Assembly (NCBI GenBank): GCA_009103225.1
Contig: RHPI01001132.1
Span: 424,002-488,001, forward strand
DNA length: 64,000 bases
Direction of reading: 5' to 3'
From: Chlorokybus atmophyticus
Lineage: Eukaryota; Plantae; Mesostigma and Chlorokybus algae
The notes beneath the pieces were generated by a model that saw only the letters and a program-made list of their open reading frames with translations, was not told the origin of the DNA and made no database searches. Made by a program: the position numbers and the translations under genes. This document shows, piece after piece, positions 1-12,239 of this stretch (positions are counted from its first letter, which is position 1; each line of letters opens with the position of its first letter).

Positions 1-238
1 CCATCCTGAAGGTGTTAAACTACTGCACTTGATGCATGTTGAAGGCAAGCCATGTAACAAGCATACACTGCCAGCTAATGGGCCTTCAATGCATAAACGG
101 CTGCAGCAAAAGCAATGTGACGTTACTCCAGCAGGAAGCAGGCTACCCCGGTCCAGCAACACACAGCCACACGCACACCCACACACACTTTCTGCAGTCC
201 GCAAGCATGCACCCAAGCTAGGCTGAGCAGTTCCTCAC

Positions 239-331
239 CTGGGCTTGCTGGGGGCGCTGAGCCTTCTTTGTGGTTGAGCGGAGCTGCTCGCCGGACAGTG
301 CCTTGAGTTGGGCGTTGATTGCCTGCGCCAT
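239..331 (-). CDS. Probable first coding exon (MAQAINAQLKALSGEQLRSTTKKAQRPQQAQ) of a gene continuing leftward; resembles a plastid transit peptide
   Basis: ATG at 331 in CCAACATGG context, 31 open codons, then a phase-0 donor CAG|GTGAGG at 238. Ala/Gln/Ser/Lys/Arg-rich composition. Downstream exons were not identified. Confidence 0.4.
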
Positions 332-681
332 GTTGGCTGCTTTGCTTGCTTATCCACACACGCGAATAACGAGCTTCAAGAGGTAGCGCTGCAAGGAGGA
401 GATAGCTGTATAGTGGGTTTGTTACGCAGACTGTCGGAAGGTGCTGGTATATATATGCTGCTAGCAAACACCCCAGAAGGAACTGGAGTGCAAGCCATGC
501 ATGGCCATGCATGCCGTGGCCGATAGCCATGGCGTGGCGTGGCCGCGTAGCAGATTCCATGCATTGCTACTGAATACGTGAATACATAAAGTACAATCAA
601 CCATCTCATCTGATCTAATCAAAGCGCTTAGTTTGGATAAGCGCAGCGGCATATTCAGCGGGAAGGGTGTCAGGCCGCACT

Positions 682-838
682 GCCACGTTCGCATGATGGT
701 GACGTCAGCACCCGCCTGCGGGCGTCCGTACGGCTGGTAATCTGCACCAGAGATCTGACTGGGCGCTCAGCTGGCAGGCAGCGGACTGACGCAGTGCGCC
801 AGAGGATCTGCCACCTTGGATCTGCCCATGCACACGTG
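682..838. promoter_or_regulatory. Cluster of bZIP-type ACGT-core sites upstream of the 331 ATG
   Basis: ACGTGGC (ABRE-like, minus strand, 682-688), TGACGTCA (700-707) and CACGTG (833-838). Short motifs can occur by chance. Confidence 0.25.
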
Positions 839-2348
839 GATGCGGCGACACGAAAGATCCCGAAGGCGGCATTCTCACTTTCTCATTCTTTGTGCTGGAG
901 ATTCTCTAGGCCTATGGCTGGCTGACTCTCTGAGCATATGAGGGCATGTAATCTGCAAGCGGTATGTTACAGCATGACAACTTGCATGCCCTCATAAGCT
1001 CATTAAGTCCTAGCTCGCTATGCATTTGATGCCTTACAATGGCGTTATGAGTATTCACTAACAACGGTTGCTTTGATCAATGCAGACATCGCCTGTGGCC
1101 CTTGAGGTTATGCACAATCAAACTGTTAATGTGTATAATAGCAACAACAATATTATACATAATGACCATCTGTTTGCTTAATCTAATTGCACATTCCGAT
1201 AATTAGAACAAACGGTAATTTAAGTGAGCATTAACGCATCAGTTCAGCTGCAACAGCTTTACTCTCTTTTGATGCATGTGACATCAAAGCTGCCCCCCCT
1301 TCTTTTTTTCTTCCCGCTCTCTTTACCATATAAAAGTAATGGTGCATTTTTTATAATTGAATACCTCTCTGAAATCACCAAACATGTGCTCGACCTTGTA
1401 TTCAAGAAATAGCTGAGTTTGATATTAATTAGACAACGTTTGATTTAAATCAAACAACGTATTACTTTACAGCAAGATGTTTTGCTATTTACGTTAATTT
1501 ATCTATTGAACATTGTTTGAAAAATTGCATAATAGATGCAAAAGGACCACGTGAACAGTTAAATTGACGCAAGTTGAGTAATATAATCGGATGTGTTATT
1601 TGAATTAAAGCCACAAAACAGCTTGCCATATAAAAATTAATTCCTCGTTTCACGGATTATTCTTGCTCAAACAGCAGCTAGCTTTTGGTAGCCCACACAA
1701 GGCCGACCATGTTTGCCCGTTTGGTTAATGTATGTCTTAACGATAATAGATAAATGTACAATGCCGTAATTGTAACACACTTGTGCACGCAGCGAACTTA
1801 CATTCTTACTGTCGGTAAAAATGAACCGAAAAAGCAATAAACTTCAAATGAGAAGCGCAAGTGTATATAAATTTAAAAACATCGCAAGATGCACCGGAGA
1901 TTTGCATTCAGCAAGATGCATTGATGTGTGCGGTTTGCACAACCCACATGCAGCGAAAGCACACAAAAGACCTGCTTGACCACTATGGACTACCATACAT
2001 ACTACCGTATAGAATTACCACTACCACTCCATTCAACATGCATGCATGCATTCTCGCATAGTGCCTGCGGCGTGTTTAGCTGTTCATGAATCAGCATTAA
2101 AGTATTCATAGGTGCTATCTTTGGGTTCGATGTGCACTATAGCAAGCATGTCTATTCATGCAATATCCACAAGCTGGACAACAAACCACTACACGCTTTG
2201 TATGAATGCCATGCCTAGAGCATTAAAAAGAAGGTAGTTGCAACAACACTGAATGTTACCTTTTCATTGTTCACACGGCGCAGCTACTATGTTTGCACTT
2301 ATTCGTGGACAAACATTGTCCATGACCAATCCCACAGCAAATGTGGGC

Positions 2349-2383
<35 letters not shown>

Positions 2384-2768
2384 CCAAAGCACATATCAAT
2401 GTACTAGGTTATGCAGCTGCAGCCATCATCAAGTGCAACTGCAGACATCAGCAGTCTGCGCCACTGTGCACATTTCGTATAACTGACACCACTGCGCAGG
2501 GCATGCAACAGCCTGCCCAATGTGCAAAACCAGCTTACATACCATGATAATGTCACGCAACGTACCACACAATATCAGTACTCAAGAAACACCACATGCA
2601 TAACAACACTAAGGCACTCAAACCACGAGATGCACCAAGGCAGAAACAACAACGCCGACCAGGAAGCAGGGCAGCAGCACAAGTAAATACTCTACTCAAC
2701 TATTTACAACACCAGCGGAGTGTTTGTTGGCTATGTACTGGCACTAACTCTATTGTGCGTGTGATAGT

Positions 2769-3204
2769 TTACTTGTTGAAGCGTGACTTGGTGTCGTCCC
2801 ATGCTCCCTCTGCGCGGTGCTGCGTGTCCTTGGCGGCGTCGCGGGTGTCGCGGGTGGCATCGCGCACGTTGTCGCGCACGTCGCGGTAGGCGTCCTTGGC
2901 GTTGGCCTTGGCGCGCTTCACGTTGTCGGTCGCCTCATCTGGCTTCAGGAACACGTACAGCGCCAGGGCGACGGCGCCAGCGATGGCTGCGCCAAGCACA
3001 ATCTGCACACACCATGCGAATACTGCACTAAATACTGCAGACAACACGACATGGGCAGCTTCGCTTGATCACTCTCATGCAAGAACAACCCAACCGAGTG
3101 CAATAAATAAGCCTGCTGCCACACACGCCCACACAAGGGACAAAACAGCAAAATAGCCATTCATCACAACCCACCTTCCTTCCGGAGTCGTCGCTGCCCG
3201 ACAT
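2769..3204 (-). CDS. Small LEA-like (group 3 / LEA_4-like) hydrophilic helical protein with N-terminal hydrophobic segment, 87 aa, 2 exons
   Basis: Exon 1 3204-3175 (GCCACCATG; MSGSDDSGRK|GTGGG) and exon 2 3002-2769 (gtgcag|IVLGAAIAGAVALALYVFLKPDEATDNVKRAKANAKDAYRDVRDNVRDATRDTRDAAKDTQHRAEGAWDDTKSRFNK*). A/K/D/R/T quasi-repeats are typical of LEA proteins. Confidence 0.7.
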
Positions 3205-4570
3205 GGTGGCAGTCTCAACGGTTTTGCTCGCAAGGATTAGAAAACCCGCCGCTCCTGTACCCTTGGCACACTGACGCCCTCAAGAAGCAACCAACCAACA
3301 ACACCGCCGGACACTGCTCACGCAGACGGGCGGAGACAGGAAGATGCCAAGGAATCTGCCGCAGGGGCTGACGTCGTGGCAGGCGACGCGAGATCTCACA
3401 CGCATTGCCAGAGGGAATTGCTGATTCCGGATATCGGCATTTTCCTGCTATAGCAGGAAAGTATATCACTTTATGGGTTACCTTATGGGTATGTGGATGC
3501 TTTCAAAAGCATCTGCATAACTCGCCATGCAAGGCAATTGAGCAGGCGACTGAGCAATCAGATGAAGTAACTTGTGGCCCTTAAGTCAGCCCTACTTTCG
3601 TAAAGCTTGTTACACATTGAGAACAGTGCGCATATGTGGATAATATATGTATGCACACCCGAAAGTCGTTTGCTTATATGTGAGACTTGCAACTTCAAGC
3701 TTTATGTATGGGGTTACAGATTGTAATTCGTTATTATAATGAATAATATCAAATGTTGTGCCTTTTCAACCAATTGTGGTGTGGTTCAATTACAAACCAC
3801 TCAGCACCTTTAAATCAACGAATAACAAGAGTGCAAAGTTAATTGAAGCTAATAATGTGAATATGTGGATCGCACGTCAAATGCAATCCTTTGTCAATGT
3901 AAATGCTGCCAGTAATTGCTTGTGCTGTACTGATTTGAATGCTTGATAACCAATCTGTGATTGCAAGCTTTACAATTAATTAACATATATAGTTAAGTCG
4001 TCTGTTAATATGCCATCTTGAAAAAGAGTGGTTGATTGAGAAAAGGCATGACTTAAATTCGTACTACATATCCATCATTAAATCATAGCAGTAGTATCAT
4101 CTGTTAAAGCTGTCACGGGGGATTACATAACTCTCGCAAGAGTTGCTAAAAGCAAACTCCCAAAGCGAACGTCATCCCAACGTCTTCCTGGGAGGCGGAT
4201 AGCATACTGCTATTAGCAGTATACTGTGATATATGTGTTATCATGATGTTTATTTACCCGAGAGAGCCGTCAACATATTCGTGCTGTTCTCTAGCATGTT
4301 AGCCCAACGCGTACGCTGCACTTATACTTAGGCAATCATCTCCTTGGCGCTCAATTTTCTTGACATGTTTCACATGGCATCATGTATTGACTTTTTGTTT
4401 CAAGCACCGATAATTCGTCATCATTTTTCACATCAACCAGATCAGACATAACGACGCTCTTGTCTCCGGGTCCACAAGGTGCAGGTGCATGTTGTCACAC
4501 ACTGCCAACGGCGTCCTGCAGTAACACAATTTTATGCAGATGGCATATGCGCGCATGCACACATACATGC

Positions 4571-4790
4571 TCACGCAGATCTACGTTTGAACGCACACAT
4601 GCGTGCGTGCACACATATGCCCATTATTGATCGGTGTTATTGCCAATGCATGTGCGCACGCACAATGCCTGCAAACACATACACACTCACGCAGATCTAT
4701 GTGTGAACGCACACATGCGTGCGTGCACATTATTGATCGGTGTTATTGCCAATGCATGTGCGCACGCACAATGCCTGCAAAGACACATAT
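4571..4790. repeat. Tandem duplication of an approximately 116-bp unit
   Basis: tcacgcagatcta...attattgatcggtgttattgccaatgcatgtgcgcacgcacaatgcctgcaaa starts at 4571 and again at 4687. Confidence 0.85.
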
Positions 4791-5368
4791 AGCATGCTTG
4801 CTGGCATGCCCACACCAAGACGAGACTGTTTCCGGCACGCACATGCATGCGTTCAACAGTGTATGTGTGCCAACACTCACTTGGAGACCGATGTGAACGC
4901 CACAATGTAACGGTCTTGCTGCTGCCATATGATGCATGCAAACACACTGCAACATGTGCGTGTGCGTGTCTGCATGCGAGTGCATGCGTGTGTGTGCCTG
5001 CGCAAGCGCAAGTGTGTGTGTGTGTGTAGCAGCACTGCATTGACATGAAGTGCATGTTGGTTTTTTCCACGGCAACACGCACGGAAGAGTTGTTTCTTTC
5101 TCACCCGCAAAGCTGATGTGGTGGCTTTGCCCAACACTCTGCACACACAGAGATTCGGCCTTGTTCCCTCTCCAACCACACGCACGCACACATCAAAGCC
5201 ACCGCCAGGATGCATGCTTTCAGCACAGCAACCCATTCACAGGCAGTTTCACAGCACCATCTGCATTGCAAACTTTTATCACCTTTCTGTTTAAACGAAG
5301 GTGATGCATGTGTTATGCACAACTCACATGTGTGCGTGCGTGCATGCGCGTGCGTGTGCATGTATGGG

Positions 5369-5404
<36 letters not shown>

Positions 5405-5593
5405 ATGTTGATCATTGCTTCTACTTCATTTTTATACTCATGGGACTCATCGTGCCGCAAGAAGGCTAGTTGATATAGGTACTCGATTACTTTATTATCA
5501 CTCATGGGCACTTATGGTAGCTACGCTTAACAAGCTTCTAGGACTATTACATACTGATACAGTCATATACACATTACTTGAGCACCGCCGACA

Positions 5594-8500
5594 TTAAGCA
5601 CTGTAGATCAGGATGCCGTTGACATGGGCATTGTCGACATGCGTCGTGAACGAGATTGTCAGTGCACCATCTGCCACTTGAGTTGTGAACTGCTGTTTGA
5701 CCGCGATGCGTTGCCCGCCGGCAGCTGCACACAACTCAACATCAGCATCAATAGCTACACACATGCAAGTAAGGTTGTGCATCCATGAAGGTGTTGCACG
5801 GACCTTTGTACGTGTCAAAGTTGGCAAGCACTTGGACTCCCTCTAGGGTGACATCAAACACTCTCTGTCCTGCTTGAGTCCACCAAGACTCGATGAAGTA
5901 CATGGTGACAGCGTAGCGTCCAGGCGCTACGGGGAAGTTGTAAGTGAACACCTGCAGATACAACAAAACATGGACACGATTTCAAGAAAATCAGCGTCGT
6001 CTAGTAGCATGCAGCGCAATTCGCCAAGCTTGCACGTGCGGTGTATACACGCACGAGCATGTATGCAGACACAGAGTAGGTATTGATCACCAGGACACAC
6101 ACACACACACACACACAGAATCGGATTGCAACTGACCCACCTGTCCGTATCTTTCCGTGTGGCACAGTTCCGTTCTCCCCGCGTCGATCTGGCACGCCCA
6201 GTCGTTCCCCGCCCAGCTGTTGTCGTTGGTGCCGCCCGAGTAGTAGCCACTATACGGCAACGCACCCTCTGAAGCCCACACTATGTTACTGCTGTCGGTG
6301 AAGCTAACCGCACCCGCACCCGTCTTGCCACAGTTGACGGCATACTTGAGGGCACCAACACCACCACCTGCACACGAACACACGCACACGTAAACAACAT
6401 TGCTTGATACACTGACTGACCCGATTCATTGTTGTGTGTGTAACATTTTCACTTACCGCTTGTGGTGAGTTCGTAGTATGCTTTGTAGGTGGCTTTCTTG
6501 TCGGTGCCGATGGTGATGGCGTGCGTCTGCGCGCCACCGTCGGACCAGCGGGTGAAGACGCGTTGACCGCCGCCGGTCTTAGACGGAGCCAAGATGGCTA
6601 TGGTACCACCTTGAACAGCCTGAACGGGGTAGGCGGGTGAATGCGTGGGTGAGCGTGTACAAAGGCATGCGTTGGTGCGTGCATGTAAACAGTTATGCAT
6701 GCATACGCGCTCGCATGCACGTACACGCACGCACACGCACACGCACACGCGCAAGCACACGCGCACGCGCACGCGCACACACATACATGTACATCCCAAC
6801 CTGTGCGACGAATGGCGTGCGCTGCACGAGGTTTCCAAAGGTCAAAGTGATGTTTCTGGGGCTCGAGTCCATGGTGACGTCGACGGTCTTGGGGTAGATG
6901 CTGACGGATCGCGTCTTGGTGATGTTGCCCTTGGACGCCGTCAGGGTGACGATGATGTAGGTGGGCATCTCGTGCTGGGGGCCGAGAAACTGACCAGAAG
7001 AACCAACAACACCCTGACAGAGTGACACAAAACAGTTTGTACACATAGACCCACACATGACTGTTCCCCACCTGCACGCACACACGTGCACACGCACACG
7101 CACACGCACACGCACACGAGCCTTATCGCTGCAATCAGGCATGCCTCACTCTCCCTTACTCTGATGATGTCGTGCGAGTGGCAGCTCGTTGCCGCCGTCG
7201 TCGTGCAGTGTCTGATATACACGTCCCACGTGAGCGTGGCGTCCGGCGCGGTGCTGTACCCGGCGTAGTTGACGACGCCCCCCGCGCTGTATCGGAACGA
7301 CGGCAGCGGTGCCGTGATCACGGGACGCGGGTCGTCACCGCTCGACTGAACGACCACCACGCTTGTGGATGCAGAAGACACCTTGCCTGTGTGCATGTGG
7401 ATACTCGCATCATGTGTATGTGTATATGTGCATATGTGTACGTGTGTGCGCACACAAGTGGGTTTGCGTGCATGCGTGTGCGCGTGTGCAACCTGCCTGT
7501 TGGCCCAGAAACTTGGACAGTCACCTTGTACGTGCCAGCCCTACGCAGCACGCGAGTGTGAATAAGCACGCACGTACAAACCACAACAGACCACGCCCCA
7601 ACACCAGAACCTTACTTCATATACGTCGTTGTAATCTTGGCCGTTGTGGATACATCCCCGTCCCACTTGTACATGAGGGGTCCACCTGTCGGCCCAGGTT
7701 GGGATGCAGATGCATCGCAGTTGACCTGCAGTGGCGCGACGCCGGAGTCGGGCGTGCACGTCAGCGCGGCGGTGGGGGCGGCGTCGGCGTAAGAGAGGCG
7801 GTACACGCAGTTGGAGCCATAGTCGGAGACGTAGAGGGAGTCGTCGCCGGGAGGACCGGGCTCGAGACCGGCGACGTTGGTCTGCAGGGAATGAGTGTGT
7901 GAGTTAGGGAGGAGTTGCTTGAGCACACACACGACCAACTGTTCTGCCGCTACACGCACACGCACACTCGCACGCGCACTCACGCACACACACATACACA
8001 CGCACACGCACACGCACACGCACAAGCGTACCCTATCCAGAATGGTGACAATCTTCGTTGGGTCCGGCCTTCCGTCTGCTCCTGGCATCATTGCCCACAC
8101 TCCCTGCTGCGGGAAGTCCCCGAAGAACAGCGCCCCGCGCAGTTGCGTCGGGAACGTCGTATTTGCGTTTGTCAATGTTGGGTAGAACGTCATGCCGCTG
8201 ATGGCGCCGGAGTAGGGTGAGGTGATGCCAACAGGGTTGGGAGCCATGCCGTGCGCGTAAGAGTAGAGAGGAGGAGTGTATGAGTCCAGGCGAGGGTAGT
8301 AGGAAGTGCACACGTCGAAGCCGGAAAAGCCGCCCTGGCGCGGAAAGCCCTCGAAACAAGGCCTGATGCAACGAGAAGGTGTGAGTCAATGTGGCAATGT
8401 GTCAAGTTGAGGTTCAGTGGGGGATGACAGCAACACACGCAGCTTGCCAGCAGCTTACCAGCCAAAGTTGCGCATCTGTACGAGCGGGCGCGAGCGGGTG

Positions 8501-10252
8501 TGCAACAAGCAGATGACAGTCAGTCAGACACATACAACCGTATGCGAATTCCGTACTAGAACTCGAGTAAGTTGTGTCTCGCACCTGCTTGTCGAGGATG
8601 TTGGAGACCACGTTGATCTCTTCGTACTGGCCTTGCCCCACATCCCCCAAGTATCTGCCAAATCAGGCAACACACATGAGCGTGACTACACCAAACCAAC
8701 ACACATGCTTGTGTGCGCACGCGTGCGCAAGCGCGCACACAAGCACATGGGCGTGACTGGGTGCACGTGCATATGTGGATGCAAGTGCTGTGCGTGTGTG
8801 CAATTGTGCAAAGTCCCCAATGCAGCCTCATCTCCACTCACAGTTCATCTGTTCCCGGTCTCATCGCCGAGCTATATGGGTTCCTTAACCCACACGCCAG
8901 TATCTTCCCCCTCTCGCTCCCCGGTTGCGTCACGTCATACATGGGGTTGTCCGGCAGTCCACGCCCCGTGTCGGGGTCCAAACGCAACACGCAGCCGTTG
9001 TAGGAAGGGTTAGAGGAGGAAGAGAGGCGGAAACGGTAGGACTGGGAACGGAGGGAACCGCCTTGGGAAGAGGGGAAAGAGAGGGAAGGGGTGGGGGGAT
9101 CTGGAGTGGTGAGGAGTGTGAGAAAAGGAGTGAGTAACTAATGTGATACACACTGTAGATGTTTACCTTTGCATGGGTTGGTGAAGCCTGGAGGGCCAAC
9201 CATGCCGTAGTCGAGGGACCACCAGGCCGAGCCATCGCCTACAACAATGATGAAATGGGGTGATTGATTGATGGTGGTGATTGACGGTAAGTTGCACACA
9301 CAAAGAGACTCACTCTCACGTGCGCACATGCAAGCGCATGCGCAACGCAATCAACGCATTGATGTTGACTCAGATGATCGATTCTTAACATACCGTTTGG
9401 CACGATAAGCGCCCCGTATCGGTCGAATTGTATGGTCCCTAGCGTGTGCGATCCCCACTCGTAGCACATGGACTGCCCTCCCAGGATAATCTGCTCGCTT
9501 GCGGCATCAGTGCGCCACTGAGCTCCATTTGTCATGTCGACAGCCCAGCGCGAGAGGCGGCCGTACGTGACGCACGGACCGTCCGAGGCGCACTGACCAC
9601 GGTGAGTGTTGGCTGGAGGGAGTTGTTGTTGTGAGCAGTGAGTAGTGGGAGTAGTGGGAGACAGAGAGTACAGTAGCTATGTTGTGACAGGCACTGAGAC
9701 TAACTCACTCACTTGGGTCCCAGGTATAGACGGCGTAGAGGTATGGTCGGCCTTGCAGGAACTTGGGCTGCAGCGCACATGGGACGGTGTAACAGTCAGT
9801 GCATGCATGGGTGCACCAATGCAATTCAAGGATCCATGGATGAGGACAACAAGTGTACTCACATCAAGGGCGATGCCGAGCAAGCCCCGGTCGTTGACGG
9901 TGTCCACGCGCGGCCGGATGTCGAGCAGCACGTATGGCGTGGATGACCACGAGTCCAGCACAAGCACAGTGCCCTGTGGTATACCATTGCTGTGTGCTCG
10001 GAGTACAGGCAACGCACACACACACATTCCTCTATCTCCCTCTATCTCCCTCTCTCTTACCTGTTTCTGCACGAGTAGTATCTTGTTCCCTGCCCACTTG
10101 ACAGCGACGATTCCCGGCACGACAGGCGGCATGCGCTCCAGCTGGAACCCTGCGTACCGCACTACCGCCTGAGCATCCACTAAAACGTGGGAGGGACCAA
10201 GCAGCAGCAACGCCAGCAACGCCGCCGTGAGAAAGAGGAGGGAAGGTGGCAT
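5594..10252 (-). CDS. Secreted PQQ-dependent glucose/sorbosone dehydrogenase (GSDH beta-propeller) + PKD domain + C-terminal malectin domain; multi-exon
   Basis: Signal peptide MPPSLLFLTAALLALLLLGPSHVLVDA. GSDH motifs DRGLLGIALD|PKF..YLYAVYTWD, GSHTLGTIQF, GDGS, GGSLRSQ, LRLDPDTGRGLPDNP, KILACGLRNPY, YLGDVG..YEEIN and ALFFGDF. PKD APTAALTCTPDSGVAPLQVNCDASAS. Malectin YAVNCG...TERYG...YAVTMYFIE...GQRVFDVTLEG...FD...AHVNGILIY*. Canonical GT-AG introns rich in (CA/GT)n. Confidence 0.9.
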
Positions 10253-10296
10253 GGTTTGACTAAGTGAACGGACGCCTGGACTCCCACTCCCACTCC

Positions 10297-10331
<35 letters not shown>

Positions 10332-11671
10332 CGTGTGCCTTGTTCGCAGCTCCACCAGCCCGACACACCTTGTGAAGACCCCCCTGCCTACAAGATGGTG
10401 GAGCAGCACTACGCTGCGAACACGTCGGCAATGCTACACTCACGTGCGGCGGTGGGCGTACGGTACGTACGGTAGGGTGTACGGTACGTGTGCGTCGTCA
10501 ACTTCAATCTCACGTGCGTCGGCGTGCGCGTACGTACCGTCGTGCGTCATGACTAACGCGCAATAAAGTGGCCCTTTTCTATACCAGGTAATGGTCGTCG
10601 CTGCAATTCCGGCTTTTCACAATTGCATAAGCCCAAATGTTCCCACGATAATATTGACTGTAGGCTACAACTTATGAAGACACACACATGTAGCAGCGCC
10701 GTGTGGTATAGACCAGTAGCTAAACTAATTCTTTTTTATTTTATGTGTTTCGACATGCTGACAACTTTGATGAGCGACCGCATTCTACGGCCTACAATGT
10801 GCCAACATAGGTGCAACAGCAATCACGTCGTTATACTACTCTCCAGCATGCTCGCGCTCTCTCTGCGCCACCAAATGCCACAAGTTTAATGTCATGCTGT
10901 GCATTAACATATGACTGCTTTCGAGCACTACAGTGATACTAACTTGTTAATTCAGTTTCTGCTGTCCTACATAAACAGGCGCTGACTATTTAAGCGTGCG
11001 CCATATGCATGTCCGCCTCCATGGTCGCAGGCTCATGGCACACAGCTCCTCGCCCCGGCATCGCCACCATTGTTGCACCTCCTCTCGCCATAACGGCCAT
11101 CTCCTGCGCCCTTGAACACAACATTGTACAGCATAAACAATGTTTTGCTTGGCATCGACACGCCTTTGTGCAAAGGAATGGGTTTTAGCCCTTGTCACTT
11201 TGCTGTGCATGTGGACCCAACGGAACAAGTTGGCTATATTTCTTATGGACTGCCTCTATTGGCAAGCATATATTACATCACACAACCAGCTTGGAAAGCA
11301 GCAGCGTGCATGTGTACACTATCAACACTATTAACAAATTTAAATATATATCGATGACAATCACCCTAATCACATAAGATGTATGTCTAGCACTAGGGTG
11401 CATGCGCCTTGCTATTGGAGCATCTAAGCATGCAAACGCAAACCGTATATGATAAAAATTGGTTTGCAATGTTTTATGCTAGAAGTTCCTTACACAGTTG
11501 GACACCATGCATGTACGAAATGCGCAACAAGTTGTGCTCATTATAGCACACACGTTGCTGTACACTACCGCATTGCATGAAGCATGCATTATACATGATG
11601 AGTTGTTGCACAGCACCCATGAATGTGCGCATGCATGGGAGTTGTGCAACACCTCCAATACACATATTCTC

Positions 11672-11737
11672 ATATATATATGTATATATGTATAATATAT
11701 GTATAACATATATATATATATATATATATATGTATAT
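11672..11737. repeat. Imperfect (TA)n microsatellite
   Basis: Direct reading. Confidence 0.9.
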
Positions 11738-12239
11738 GTTAAGCGGCAAGCTATTTGCATTCACAATTGGTGCTCATTGCATAAGCTGGGCTTGTTGTCC
11801 CTCTCCTCAAACATGTGTGGCATCAACTGATGGTACGCGTTAGCTTACGCAATGTTTGCTCAACTCACAATTGTCGTCATATCATACCATTTATGCCAAC
11901 TCCAAGCTGAACTGATTGGACTCATTTGTGCATGCATGGGCCTAGTCTACACATGATGCATGATTCAGACTCCGTCAACGCGAGACTGCCATCCACCATG
12001 CAAAACAGAAGGCTACCATTGCATCACACAATACACCAGCAAATTACTAGTACACAATCTAATTTACCGCTACCACTAGCAGCGGAAACCAACCACCAGA
12101 TTAACTTAGAGGCAGCATGGTTGGGGTGTTGTTGCTTCACTCGTGCTTTGCGTGTTGCGTGTTGCGTGGGAGTGAGAGCCTTGACCAAGTTTGGGTGAAA
12201 CTCTGTGTCTAGCTGCATGCACATATCTTGTGGCAGGTG

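Noticed and set aside
4870-5300. Exon-like fragments on the minus strand (VLGKATTSALR, QQDRYIVAFTSVSK)
   Set aside because: Splice-like borders exist, but I found no recognisable protein or consistent frame.
5594-10252. Bacterial contamination
   Set aside because: The gene has many canonical spliceosomal introns with the same microsatellite style as neighbouring genes.
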